Shown one piece after another: positions 1 through 11,901 of a stretch of 64,000 nt of DNA (positions are counted from its first letter, which is position 1; each line of letters begins with the position of its first letter). Source of the DNA: Anthoceros angustus (Eukaryota; Plantae; Anthocerotophyta). The translations under genes and the position numbers were made by a program. The notes beneath the pieces were generated by a model. That model saw only the letters and a program-made list of their open reading frames with translations. It ran no database searches and was not told where the DNA came from. The DNA is taken from contig MU008172.1 of NCBI GenBank assembly GCA_010909165.1, forward strand, positions 682,001 to 746,000, read 5' to 3'.

Positions 1-310
1 GCTGTGTAAAGGACGTGGAGGCTCTCGTGGCAGAATGGGACTCTTGGACGGCACCGTCACCCCAGGAAATATGCCAGGCAGCCCGACCACCTTGACGCCT
101 TGGAGGTGGAGTGTGAAGGAAGAATGTTTCGGAGGAAGTGTAAATTGTAGGAATGAGAGTGAGGTTGTTCAATCCATAAGCCCATGTCTTCCGTGTCGGT
201 TCCGCATTGCCGTACACGTCACGTAAGAAACGGCACGCGTGTGGCGCTCGGATGTTGCAGGAAGCTTATAAGATGCCGTGGCGTGTGCCAGATCGTTGTA
301 CTCGTCAACA

Positions 311-1671
311 ATGCAGGGAGGAGCTGTGACGGGCGTGAAGTCGCTAGTGGACAGTGGCCTCCGCAGCCTGCCCAAGCAGTATGTGAGGCCGCAGTCGGAA
401 CGGATTGTGGGAACAGAGGTGCCAGGGGTAGAGCTGCCGGTAATCGATCTCTCCTCCTTGGATGGCCCCTCCAAGTCTGAACGAGATGCCTCCCTGCTCG
501 CTATGCATCAGGCCTGCAAAGAGTGGGGATTTTTCCAAGTACGTCTCACTCTCCTCCCCCCCCCACCCCGATTTGTGTGCCGTGTGCCGGGATGTAGACT
601 CGGACCACACCGTTGTTGATGGCCGGGATGAGACGTGTGGCAGGTGGTGAACCATGGAGTGCCCGCGTCTTCGTTGGACGGGATCTCGAAGCTGGCTCGC
701 GACTTCTTCGCGCTTCCTCTGGAGGAGAAGCAGAAGTTCAAGCCGCAGCCTGGGCAGCACGTTTCCGTGGGCAAGTTCGGAACCAGCTTCGATCCCAACC
801 AGGACGCTGTGCTGGATTGGAGAGACGTTTTGAGGCACTTCTTTCCCGCGACCTGGCAGTCGGACCAGGGCACCTGGCCGGGCGTGCCCCCTCTCTACAG
901 GTGAGCCTCGAAATCGTGATCGACCCCGCTCTGGAATTGCGTGGCACACAGCGCACAGGGCCTGTTGTTTGACGCATTTGGTGCCATGGCAGGGAGACCG
1001 TGGTAGGCTTCCGAAACGAAGTGACAGCTTTGGCCGAAAAGCTGTTGTCGCTGATGGCTCTGAACTTGGGGCTTCCAGAACACACTCTCAATGAAGGAGT
1101 AGGGGCCTCCGAGCAACACGTGCACCTGGTGTACTATCCCGAATGCCCTGAGCCGGATCTTGCCCTGGGGATTAAGAGTCACGCGGACTCGGGAGCCATC
1201 ACCCTGCTTCTCCAGGACGAAGTGGGGGGCTTGCAGGTCAGCAAAGATGGCCGATGGCTGCCCGTCAAGCCCATTCCCCATGCGTTTGTCGTCAACATCG
1301 GAGACGCATTGCAGGCAAGTTCGTTCGAAATACCTCTCATGTTTTCCCGAATTCCCGAAAGGACACATGGCAGTCTGATGTGCCTTTATGTGTGCACTGC
1401 GAATGTGCAGGCTATCACAAACGATGCATATCCCAGCGTGGATCACAGGGCAGTAGTGAACGGGGGGAAAGCTCGCTTGTCTATCGTCACTTTCCATACT
1501 CCGGAGCCAAACCATGTCATCTCCCCTGCACCTGCCCTAATCTCACCAGAAGAGGGTGCATGCTATCGCAGTTTCACTTTTGGGGAATACCTGAGGGCGG
1601 TGTATGGGAAGGGACTGGATGGGAAGAATGTCCTGAGCAAATTCAGGGTTGATCATGACCAAACTAGCTAA
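311..1671 (+). CDS. 2-oxoglutarate/Fe(II)-dependent dioxygenase (DOXC class), 4 exons; introns ~539-643, 901-992, 1315-1410 (GC-AG)
   Basis: Spliced ORFs give LPVIDLS...CKEWGFFQVVNHG (DIOX_N), YYPECPEPDLALGIKSHADSG (HxD), VDHRAVVN (distal His) and ARLSIV (RxS). The exact substrate cannot be assigned. Confidence 0.93.
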
Positions 1672-2042
1672 CAGGATGAGCCGGTTCAGAGCAGAGAGCA
1701 GCCATGGCAGCAGAGGAAGGTGAAGGTGAGGAGAGTGTGCACTGGACTACACTGTAGCAGGTCTGTCCAGTACAGCAGTGACCAGTGTCAACACTGAATG
1801 AGCAAGATGAGTAAAAAGGAAATGGATATTCATCCGCACAAAATTGTTTGGGGTGATAACAAAACTGCGGGCCTGCCCTTGCACAACAATGGTAGCAGCA
1901 ACAAGAGCAAATTAGATGCCAAGGGCCAACCTCCTTGCGGTCCCAGCTCTATACTTGGTGTCAGTCAGCATGTCTGGCAAAGGTGAGACTCAGCAATGGC
2001 ATTCGACCAGATATCCTAGGCTCATGATATGATCCTGCTTCT

Positions 2043-3113
2043 TCACGATTGGGACTTCCCGAGCTGAAGCCTTTGCCGGAAGTCTTCAGCCATGAGGGGC
2101 AGGCCCTCCCTGAGAGTGATCTTGGGCTCCCAGCCCAGGATAGAGGAAGCCTTGGTGATGTCCGGTTTCCGCTGGCGGGGATCGTCCGGGGTGTTGTCCA
2201 CGATCTTCCAGCTGGCCGAGGGTTCGATGATGTCCTTCACGGCCTCCGCCAGCTCCAGCATGGTAAATTCCCCGGGGTTGCCGATGTTGATAGGGCCGGT
2301 GACCTCCGCCTCCATGAGCTTCACCAGGCCCTCCACCATGTCCGACACGTAGCAGAAGCTCCTGGTCTGCGTGCCGGGGGCCTGCACCGTGAGGGTCTCC
2401 CCCCGCAGAGCCTGCGCGATGAAATTGCTCACCACCCGGCCGTCGTCGATGTTCATCCGGGGCCCGTAGGTGTTGAAGATGCGCGCGATCCTGATCTCGA
2501 TGCCGTGCTGCCGGTGGTAGTCGAACATGAGCGTCTCCGCCACGCGCTTGCCCTCGTCGTAGCAGCTGCGCACCCCGATGGGGTTCACGTTACCCCAGTA
2601 CTCCTCCTTCTGCGGGTGCTCCAGAGGGTCCCCGTACACCTCGGAGGTGGAGGTGAGCAGGATCCGCGCCCCCACCCGCTTCGCCAGCCCCAGCATGTTC
2701 AGCGTCCCCATCACATTGGTCTTGATGGTCTTCACCGGGTTGTGCTTGTAGAAGATGGGAGACGCCGGGCACGCCAGGTGGTAGATCTGGTCCACCTCCG
2801 CCAGCAGCGGCTCCGTCACGTCGTGCCGGATGAGCTCGAAATTGGGATGCCCGATCCACTTCCGCAGATTGTCCTTGCTCCCCGTGAAGAAGTTGTCCGC
2901 CACGATCACCTCGTTCCTCCCATCCTCCATCAGCCGGTCCACCAGATGCGAGCCGATGAAGCCCGCCCCTCCCGTCACCAAGATCCTCATCTTGGAGGCG
3001 GTGAATTTGGACAGCCTCAGCGGCGAGATAGGCGGCGGCGCCTTCTGCCCATTCTGCTGCTGCTGCTGCTGCAACTGCTCCCCCTGCTGCTGCTGCTGCT
3101 GCGTCACCACCAT
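2043..3113 (-). CDS. UXS: UDP-glucuronic acid decarboxylase (UDP-xylose synthase), cytosolic type, intronless
   Basis: Uninterrupted ORF with [54 protein letters not shown] of MVVTQQQ at 3113. Confidence 0.97.
   Translation of the reverse strand: MVVTQQQQQQGEQLQQQQQQNGQKAPPPISPLRLSKFTASKMRILVTGGAGFIGSHLVDRLMEDGRNEVIVADNFFTGSKDNLRKWIGHPNFELIRHDVTEPLLAEVDQIYHLACPASPIFYKHNPVKTIKTNVMGTLNMLGLAKRVGARILLTSTSEVYGDPLEHPQKEEYWGNVNPIGVRSCYDEGKRVAETLMFDYHRQHGIEIRIARIFNTYGPRMNIDDGRVVSNFIAQALRGETLTVQAPGTQTRSFCYVSDMVEGLVKLMEAEVTGPINIGNPGEFTMLELAEAVKDIIEPSASWKIVDNTPDDPRQRKPDITKASSILGWEPKITLREGLPLMAEDFRQRLQLGKSQS
3054..3101 (-). repeat. CAG microsatellite encoding two Q6 tracts in the UXS N-terminus
   Basis: (ctg)n runs on the + strand; protein reads [22 protein letters not shown]. 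Confidence 0.9.
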
Positions 3114-3517
3114 CTTCACTCAACACGCGCCCTTGATGCCCCCGCCCTCAGGAATTAAGGCGTCTCGAGACTCAGGCGCGCTGGGCTGAAGCTTGGAAGG
3201 CTGGGCTGGCAAGACAAACGTGTCCCCGTCTCCCCTACCTTCCTCTCCTTCGCTTCAGATGGCTTCACGGCCCAACGTTACCATGCTTTCATGACCCAAC
3301 GTTAAAATGCTTTCTCATAATCGTCTTTCCGTCCTCCCGCTCTCGTGTGGTCCCCTTCTTCGCGTGCTGTCTTAGTCCCTAGTTGTTTTTAGCACTGCAC
3401 TTTCAGACAAAACACAAGACCAGCTGGCGCTGCCGTTCTCCGTCATCATCCCCTCTTCACGACCGAGTCCTCGTGCCCGTCCCACGAGAAGGAGCAGCAG
3501 CAGCGGCAGCTGCAGCC

Positions 3518-4622
3518 ATGGCCGCGCGCGTGCCGATGCTCGCGTCTCCCACGCCGCGTGTCTGGCGCCCCTGCAACATCCCTGCCCCGCCGCCGCGCCG
3601 ATTCGGTTGGTACTTCCCTCTCCCCCTCCGGTCGCACCTGGATTCCCTCGCCGTGCGGGCCCTTCTCATGCCGCACCTGTCCTCACCAGTGTGTGCAAGC
3701 AGCAGCAGGAGGTGGAACGCGCCAAGGCTGCGGATGAGGTGCCGCAGGCTGCTTCCAGCGTGAGCAGAAGGATCGTGTTGCAAGCCGCCGCGGTAGCCCT
3801 AGCCTGCCCCGGCCACGGCGTGGCCTGGGCGGAAGGAGAGCCTGCGGTGACGCAGAAGGTCTTCTTTGATGTCGCCATCGACGGGCAGCCGGCGGGCCGC
3901 ATCGTGGTGGGACTGTATGGGGAGGACGTGCCCGTCGGGGCGCGGAGGTTTGGGGAGATTGCCGTGGGGCAGCGTGGCATCAGCTACAGGAGGAAGGACT
4001 TCTACAAGCTCACTCCTTCCTACATCCAGAACGCGGGGATCCGGAGCTTCAGTCTGAGCGGCGGAGTTGCGGATGCCGCGCGCTTCACAGGCGGAGAGAC
4101 ATCCGACGCGCTGGTTGCCGAGATGGAGCAGCTGGATAAGGCGGGGAAGCGGCTTCCGAACAGAAAGGGAGCCGTGTCCATCCTGGCTGTGGATGCAACC
4201 AAGCCCCCTCCCAAGCCCCGGCTGGTGGCCCGGGATGGCAAGCTGGTGGTGGTGGAGGAACAGTCCCGTCCGGATCCTAACGGAACGGAGTTCATGATCC
4301 TCACCAACGACGCCCCGGAGCTCGACTCCACCAACCTGGTGGTAGGGAGAGTGGTGCAGGGCATGGATGTGGTGCAGAAGCTGGCGTCCGTGAAAGTAGT
4401 CCAGGAAAACACCAGTAGCCCCTACTTCCAGTACGTACCGTCTTGCCTGCCTGTGTTTCAAGAGCTCCCGCTTTTAAGCATTTTCTTATCTCACTTTCGG
4501 CTACAACATTTGGATGCAGGGCAGCCAAGCTGATCGGAGACACACGAGTGATCGTTGCAGAGAGGGGTTTCAACAGGCCCTACTCCAAAATTAGCATAAC
4601 CAAGTGTGGCCAGCTGGATTAA
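3518..4622 (+). CDS. CYP26-2: Chloroplast thylakoid-lumen cyclophilin CYP26-2-like, 3 exons (introns ~3606-3688, 4431-4519)
   Basis: Transit peptide with SRR...AWA lumenal signal, then KVFFDVAIDGQPAGRIVVGLYGEDVP, YRRKDF, PPPKPRLVARDGKL, NTSSPYF and a spliced C-terminus AKLIGDTRVIVAERGFNRPYSK, as recalled for the Arabidopsis CYP26-2 family. Confidence 0.9.
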
Positions 4623-5192
4623 GTAAACATTCACTCATTCTTGTCACGTGAAATGGAAACACTGGAACAGCAGCACCCGATCCGATGCGTATCAGTATTC
4701 CTTGTATCCATGTGAAAACAGGCAAATTGCGCAACGGTTATGATAACTGGGCCGTCCCGTTGAGTCCCTTGTTTCGTCCTGTGAAATGGTTCCACAGTGT
4801 ACATGCATGGTTTGTAGGTACTGTATGTAATGTATAAAGCGCGCGAACGGAATGTACAACGGAGAGTGTCTTTCTTCAGCCTTACGTTTTCTTTTCAGGC
4901 CGTATTCCAACACCGACTTGTCTCCAATGCTGTTGCGTTGCCCACAATTCGGTGCTCAATGCAGTGGAGCTCTCCTAGCACACATATCTCAGCGTCATGT
5001 CACCAACTTCATCTCGTCCCGCATCTGAAGCTGTTCGTGTCTTGGCATGGATTCTGACCACTGCTTGCGGAGTCGGTTGACGATTCATGCTGCAATGCTG
5101 TCTTCCGAATTGGCCATCTTCGGCAAGGGAAGTAGAGCAGCTTGCTGATTTGGCGGAGGACTCTCCATTTCAGGAGCGTTTGACAGGTTGAG

Positions 5193-8100
5193 ATGGGGGC
5201 AGCGAAGCCTCTTTCATTCGCAGATGTTTCTGAGGCTTTGGAGGTAATAAGCTCTAAGTCGGGGAAGAGTCAGAAGAAGAGAATTTTGAAGCTTCTACTT
5301 GCCGCTGCCCGGGCATCGGGCGACTTGTATGGGGTCGTGCGCCTGCTTGTGCCTAAGGTACTACATCATGCTTGAGCTGAATTTGGGACTGGCTACTGCT
5401 TCGCCCTTCCTCTGTTCGCATTCTTGTGCATATTATGAAGCGGTCGGAGTCAATTCGATTGCTGTGTCTGTAATCTTATATGCGGTGCTCTGATGCAAGC
5501 AAGTTCTGCAGAGGGATATTGAGAGACGGGACTATGATCTGAAAGAGACGACGCTAGGTGTGTGTCTGATGCAAGCTCTTATGCTAGCACCAGACTCTGA
5601 GGATGGACTTCTGTTGAGCAAATGGAGGCTGAGTGAATGCTCGTCCTCGTCTGTAGGGGACCTGTCTCTCATAGCTTTTGAGGTATAGTAGCTTCCGGAC
5701 CTCCATTTCAGATGTGCCCGCCTTGGTTTTCCGCAGAAGCTGCAGAGGCCTGAGGTCAACTAGGTTGCACATTGCTGAATTCGGTGGTGGCCTCCTTGTA
5801 TGTAGGTCCTTGCTAAACGGCTGCAACTTCCGCTCTCCCAATTGTCTGTAAGGAGTGTGAACTCCATGTTGGATCAGGTTGCTGACTCAAGCACAAGGTT
5901 GGTCCTTCGTTTGCATCCCACACATTGTGGCATTCCTCAATGTTAATCTATAGAAGCTCTAAGGAACACTTATTGCTGGTTGAACAGAGAGGGAAAAGTG
6001 CAAGCGCTTCAGGAGTTGTTGAGGAATACCAAGGCTAGGGAAATGAAATGGATTGTACGGATCATTCTAAAAGGTGTGTCTTCTGCAGCTTCTCAGTCTC
6101 TCTAATTGATTGTGGGATCTGATGGCTGACTGATCTGGCCGACTGACGGTGTTCCATGTCAGAATTCGATTGGACTGTAACAGAACTCTGCTGACTGACG
6201 GTGTGCCATGCCAGAAATGAGGATTGGACTGGCAGAAAGCTCTGTGCTTGAGGAGCTACATCCAGACGCACGCGAGATGATGGCCTTCTGTGTCGATCTG
6301 AAGCATGTGTGCTTGCAACTGCACAATCCCTGTGTTCGGTTTCACAGGCAGGTGGTTGTCTCTTTTTGAGCTTCCCATGGACGTTTGAAAGCCCTCAGCT
6401 TACGTTCCCACACCTTTCAGGCAGGAGATTGTAGTTGGGAAGCCTGTCAAGTCGCAGAATTCAAAGAGGATTGACTCAATTAACACATTGTGGAACCATG
6501 TAAGTCATCCAACATGGTAACTCTGCGTATGTAGCCAATGACCTCCTCGGGTTTGGTTGCCGTTGCATAGGCCAAGGTGCTAAAGCATGTAAGCTGATAG
6601 ATCCTTTCTCGGTTACATAACAGATGGCATGCAATCGGGTTGTGGCTGAATGCAAATTTGACGGTGATCGCATGCAATTGCACAAAGATGGTTCTCTCAT
6701 CTGGTTCTGGTCAAGGTACGTTGACAGGTTTCTCTGGTGATGTACATTCATTAGGTCATATGCATCAAAATTTTATGGACCAGTTGCTTGGTTGTTCAGG
6801 AATGGACTGGAACACAGGGAGTACAACAGTCTGTTTGGGGACATTCTCATCCGAAATATATCATCAGATAGGTAGCACACAGTACCTGGTTGGGATCATC
6901 TGCTGATATGCGGTATGTCGATGTACTTGTTTCTGTAGTTTTCACCTCTGACTCTCGCAACCATGCACTGTCAGATGTGTACTGGACGGGGAATTGGTAG
7001 TCAGAGGGCGAGCTTCAGGGCATTTCAAACCACGCACGAAACATCAGAACCGAGATGCAGGTATCTCATTGTGTTCCCTTCCTCCACTGCGAGCTTGCAT
7101 CCTGTGCTGGGAGCCAAGTGACATTGTGCATTCAATACGCTATTATACATTTGCAGCTAGAGCAGAACGCAAGGGATGGACAACTGATGATCAGGTTGGT
7201 GTTGATTGATTGCCATATATGACTTGAGATAGACAAACTTGGAGGTTTCTCTCGCTGAATTGTGTGACCGTGAGAGAGAAGATAAGTATTTATGTCGTCT
7301 TATGTGTTGTGTGCAGATCTGCTGTATCCTGTTCATATCGCTAGAAAATGTCTCTCACAGCCTGTGGCTAGTTGGATGATTGGTCAGTTGGGGATCTACT
7401 CATGCTTGTTCCCTGGGTCTTCCCTTAATGGTAAGGACAGTTGTAGCATTTGACATTTTGTATGAAGATAAGTGTGGGAGTGTCATGCACCTGCCATTAC
7501 ACCAGCGCCAAGAATTACTGAGACGAGTGGTGATATCTTCACCTCCGCAGTTCATCTGCATAGCTCAGAGTAAGTCAACTTCACCCTCAGTTCTTCTGCA
7601 GCCTGGAGAGCTTCAGAGATGAACTAAGAAAACATTCGAGTCACAATCTAAATATTCTCTTTTCCTTGTAGGTGGAGTTATATGCCTGGATGGGCGACGT
7701 TGGTCAGTGCAACCCTCCTCCCAGCAGGACCTTCTGGAGTTTTATGAGGAAACCCTTCAGCATGGGTAAAACTAGCTGCTCACACAGGACTGCAGAGATG
7801 CTGGGACTGCAGAGATGCAGGACCTTCTTCTGTTTTATGGGTGGCCTTGCATAAATTTTGGCAATAATTCCTTCATTCCCGTCAATCAGGGATGAAGGAA
7901 TTATTGTCAAAGACCTTGATTCTGCATGGGTTTCCAACAACAGGGATGGTCGCTGGGTTAAGATCAAGCCAGACTACTCTCAACTCAGCAATGATCTTGA
8001 TTTGCTCATCATTGGTAAAAATTATTGTGGAAGACGTCAGAAAAGACTGGGATTTTCACAAGCTGAAAGATGGCCAATGGAAAGCTATGTCCTTAACTGC

Positions 8101-11100
8101 TTGTGCTTTTTTTCCAGGAGGATACTATGGCAGTGGTCAAAATGGTGGGCAGGTTGGCCTTGGTTGCATGCATGCATCTCTCCCCACAAAGTCGGTCTTA
8201 TTTTCACAAATGTTGGTGGGGTCTTAGAATACTTGCTAGAAGAAAACGTTCTGCTGCACTCAACTGGTTTTACGTTCTCAAATAATCGACCCATTGTCTG
8301 TGGCAGATAACTTCCTACCTGTTGGCTCTTGCTGATAAACCAGCAACTGATGGGCGTCCATCAAGGCATGTACACTTTCATATCTTGCTCTTCAACAAGT
8401 CTTGTTGAGCAGGGACTACTCTTTAACTGCACCTTTATTCATCTAACTTCGGTTGTAATTCTGAGTCTGGTATGTGCTTGATGGTTTACGTGCATTCAAC
8501 TAGTTTTCTACCATTTTTCCCTTTGGACAGGTTCGTCTCCTTCTGTAGATGTGGCAAAGGCCTTACAGACGACAATCGTAGACTTCTTCACAGCAGATTG
8601 GCAGCCTATTATGTGTATGTGGGAGATTTGAATTGTGGCTGAATACATACAATTAACGCTTTTTTAGAGATGTGACCTAGGCTTAGCCATTCTGCAGGAG
8701 AAACAAGAAGGGTGGAAAACCGCCTGTTGGCTCTGGTTATCATGTTGCGAACAATCGATATGAGTGCCCAGATGTTTGGATTTCCAGACCAGACGTGTAA
8801 GTTTGTCCCTGGTGATACTTCTTGTTAGCTTTCAGACTCTTTTTAGTCCTCTCTACCGAATCTGCTACCACTGGACGATCCCAGGTCCATAGTGCTTCAA
8901 GTTTGTGGTGAACAGAGGCTCTATTCCACAAAGGTGAGGTGATCTAATGTGAACAAGTTGTTCTACTAGATCTAGATGGTTCAGGAATCGCGGAAGTTGC
9001 ATGACAGATATTCTCGCTTGCAGACATTTGCATCTGAGTGGACGTGCCGATTTCCAAGAGTGGAACGTATTCGTTTCGACAAGAGTTGGTTTGAGACTTT
9101 CAGTGTGCAAGGTTCGTGTCAACGACCCATCCAGTTTCTGTGCATCTACATGATTCTGAACATGTCTCCAAGTGCTTTGATTCCAAATTTAATTTTTAAT
9201 TTTTAAGTTGATGGATGGCCTTGCATAGAAATGAAGGAGCTCATAAATTCTTCTGCAAGCATCGTACGTTCTGGCAAGTATTACCCTTTCACTGAGGGAT
9301 TTTCAGCGATCGATTCACGAGCTGCTCGTAGGAAAAGAGCTAAGATCCTTCCAGAGATGCAACTATGTAGTCTTACTGGCATCACACAGACATCCGCGGA
9401 GTTTAAAGGCTTGACATTCTGTATCCACCTTACCAGCTGCCTGGGTTACTTCGGCACAAATTGGGCTTGCAGTGCTAGTGTTTGAAAGCTTGACATGCCA
9501 CTTCGTATTTGGCAGCGACAAGATATACAGGTAATGTGTTTATGATCGTCATATGTAATTCGATGTGGTCCTTGACCCTTCGTTCAGACATATGCAATAT
9601 GGCGAAAGACTCTGGAAAGGAAGACGTTCGTACTCTAATCAAACAACATGGTGGCACAGTGGTCATGAACTTAGTACCCTCTGTAACACACGTGATTGCA
9701 GAACGGAGTACAGGTCCGTAAGAGGAACCTGACAGCTTTTGTCACAAGTATAGCTACTAATTGATGCTGGAAATTTATCTTGACCGGGTGATACAGGAAT
9801 CCGATATGCAGCTGCAGCACAGAATGGCATGGACGTAGTCTGCTTTTCATGGCTTAACAAGTGCATTGAATGCAAAGAGCTGCATCCTATCACTCCAAGG
9901 TACTCTTGTTCAACTGCTGATGCACTACGTATGTCTGGCGAGACAAGCTTTCATGTATTACGCAAAGTTGTTTGCAGGCAGTATCTACACATGTCTACGT
10001 CGACAAAGAATAAGCTTCAGGAAGTAGTCGATGACTTTGGAGATACGTGGTTTGATCCGACAACCATTGCCGATTTGCGCCAGGTAAGGGCTTGTGGGTT
10101 ATGCTCGCTAGGGACAGCATGTCTTATCTTAGTATTGGACTTGGAAGTTTCCTCATAATGGACACCGTGATCTCTGAATGTTTGTGCCGTATGCAGGTCG
10201 TTGACCGCATTTCGTGCCCGGATGATCAGCAACTCCTAGACCGAGAAGCTGTCATTGAGCTCGAATCCTCCTTTGGCAAGCCCTGGGTTTGGGGATTGTT
10301 TCGGACTTGCAATTTCTACATGCACAACCATATATCACACGCCATGTATTTAACCTGAATACTGCTCTAAGTCGGTCTAGCTAGGAAGCGATCCTCATAA
10401 GCCTTACAAATTGGTGCGTGTTTGTCTGTGCAGAGATCCTCCTGCTCAGGTAGTAGCAAGATTATCTCTTCAAAGAGTTTGTATAGCTGCAGCAATGTGG
10501 GGGGCAACTATTTCTCAGCAACTGCACTCTGGAGTAACCCATGTCGTCGTCTACTTACCATCCGATGCCGAAGTCTCGTCCGCCTTTAGGAGCAGGTCGG
10601 TAACTGCAGACACTGTAATCTTTTTCCACTGCAAGCTTCTGGTAATGCAAATCTGTCTGCAGAACGCATACTCTCGGAATCTGCAAACCGCCTGAGGTGG
10701 TCTTGCCTGCAGCTTGGTTCAGGAGTTGTCGCTAGAGGAAAGCACGACCGTGGTCAATCATCTATGGCTGGAGGCATGTATAGTAGAGCAACAACTCCTG
10801 CCGCTTGATGAGTACGCTCTAAGGTACAAACGATACACCAACGACCTTCTTTGACTTGCTTTTGAGCATTGAGGCCAAACTCCTGTATGTGGACTGTGGC
10901 GTGGCATCAGAGATTGCTCGGAAACTGTTCGGACCGAGCTTGTTGAGGCAAGCACTGTTACACATGCCGAAGCAGAAGTCCTGGGGAATTGTGAATTGGA
11001 TGCGACCTGTTCAAGAACCAGGGACAACGAAGATGCCCTGGATGAGAGAGTGGCCCGCGCTGAGAGGCAAGGTACGAAGCGTAAGCTGCGTGCGGTTGTA

Positions 11101-11184
11101 CAATGCGAAGGTCCTGTTACAGCAGAGCTCCGAGGTGGGACCGCACAATTGCATGGCTCTTGGGAGGTGACCGTGACCCATTGA
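5193..11184 (+). CDS. LIG4: DNA ligase IV (NHEJ), many exons; 3' end uncertain (may extend to ~11539)
   Basis: DNA-binding domain exons (DLYGVVRLLVP; EMKWIVRIILK), adenylation motif ECKFDGDRMQLHK (~6650-6690), EGIIVKDLDSAW...RWVKIKPDY, DLDLLIIGGYYGSG, OB-fold FPRVERIR, and BRCT repeats (LIKQHGGTVV...THVIAE; DVVCFSWLNKC; SGVTHVVVY; HLWLEAC). Confidence 0.93.
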
Positions 11185-11901
11185 AGCTTCAGGAGCTTGT
11201 GTTACCCAAAAAGCTGGAAAAGTCCTTAGTCAATCCTCCGGAAATTGGGAATTCCTGGCCGTGGAGAGGCTTGTCGACCTCAACATCCTGCGGCATCAAC
11301 GCAGCGCTGCAGCCGCAAGTGGCAAGGGTGCATTTGTTCACAGATGCAAGCAGTGCATGGGCCGAGGCGGGATGGCATCGTTCGGTTCACAGATTGAAGA
11401 GAAGATGTTGTCTGATCCTCTTGCGCCAAGCCCTCTGTACGACAAAGGGTTATGCTCCAGCCCGCGGAGACCTCGTCGAAGGTTTCGGGACCATCCGATT
11501 TCTCACCCGATAATACATAAAGATCTCTTTGGTCTCTAAACATTTTTTTTCGTTTAGGTCAGAGTATCGGACGTGGATGAGTTTGATTGTTTTTGTTTTT
11601 TGGAGAATTTGGAGACTTTAAATAGATATTTCAAAGTAGGTATATAATATGGCTATCTGTGCGCTTGCAGCTTTCGTCCTGTGGTTTTTCGTGACTCGTC
11701 TGAAGAGCTTCTGATGCAGCAGGAAAATGTGATGGGAATGCGAAAGTAGAGAAGTGCCTGCCGGTGGATGTAAAGTCTGCTCAATCTGCAGACGTGTTTG
11801 ACAGTTTCGTTGATGAGGTGCTTGGGCACTTCATCCTACCAAATAGAGATGTGTTGCAGCCTGTTAAATTCAGACATACATGTCCGTTTCCTCGGCGAGA
11901 A

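Noticed and set aside
2049-3158. 369-aa antisense ORF over UXS (and similar long shadow ORFs over CYP26-2, CTL, GH9, FAD and the PPR gene)
   Set aside because: Expected by-product of GC-rich codon usage on the opposite strand or frame; no recognisable motifs.
10856-11543. ORFs after the last clear LIG4 BRCT exon as a separate gene
   Set aside because: Short, with no motifs; more likely LIG4 terminal exons/3' UTR overlapping the 3' region of the convergent BDG gene.
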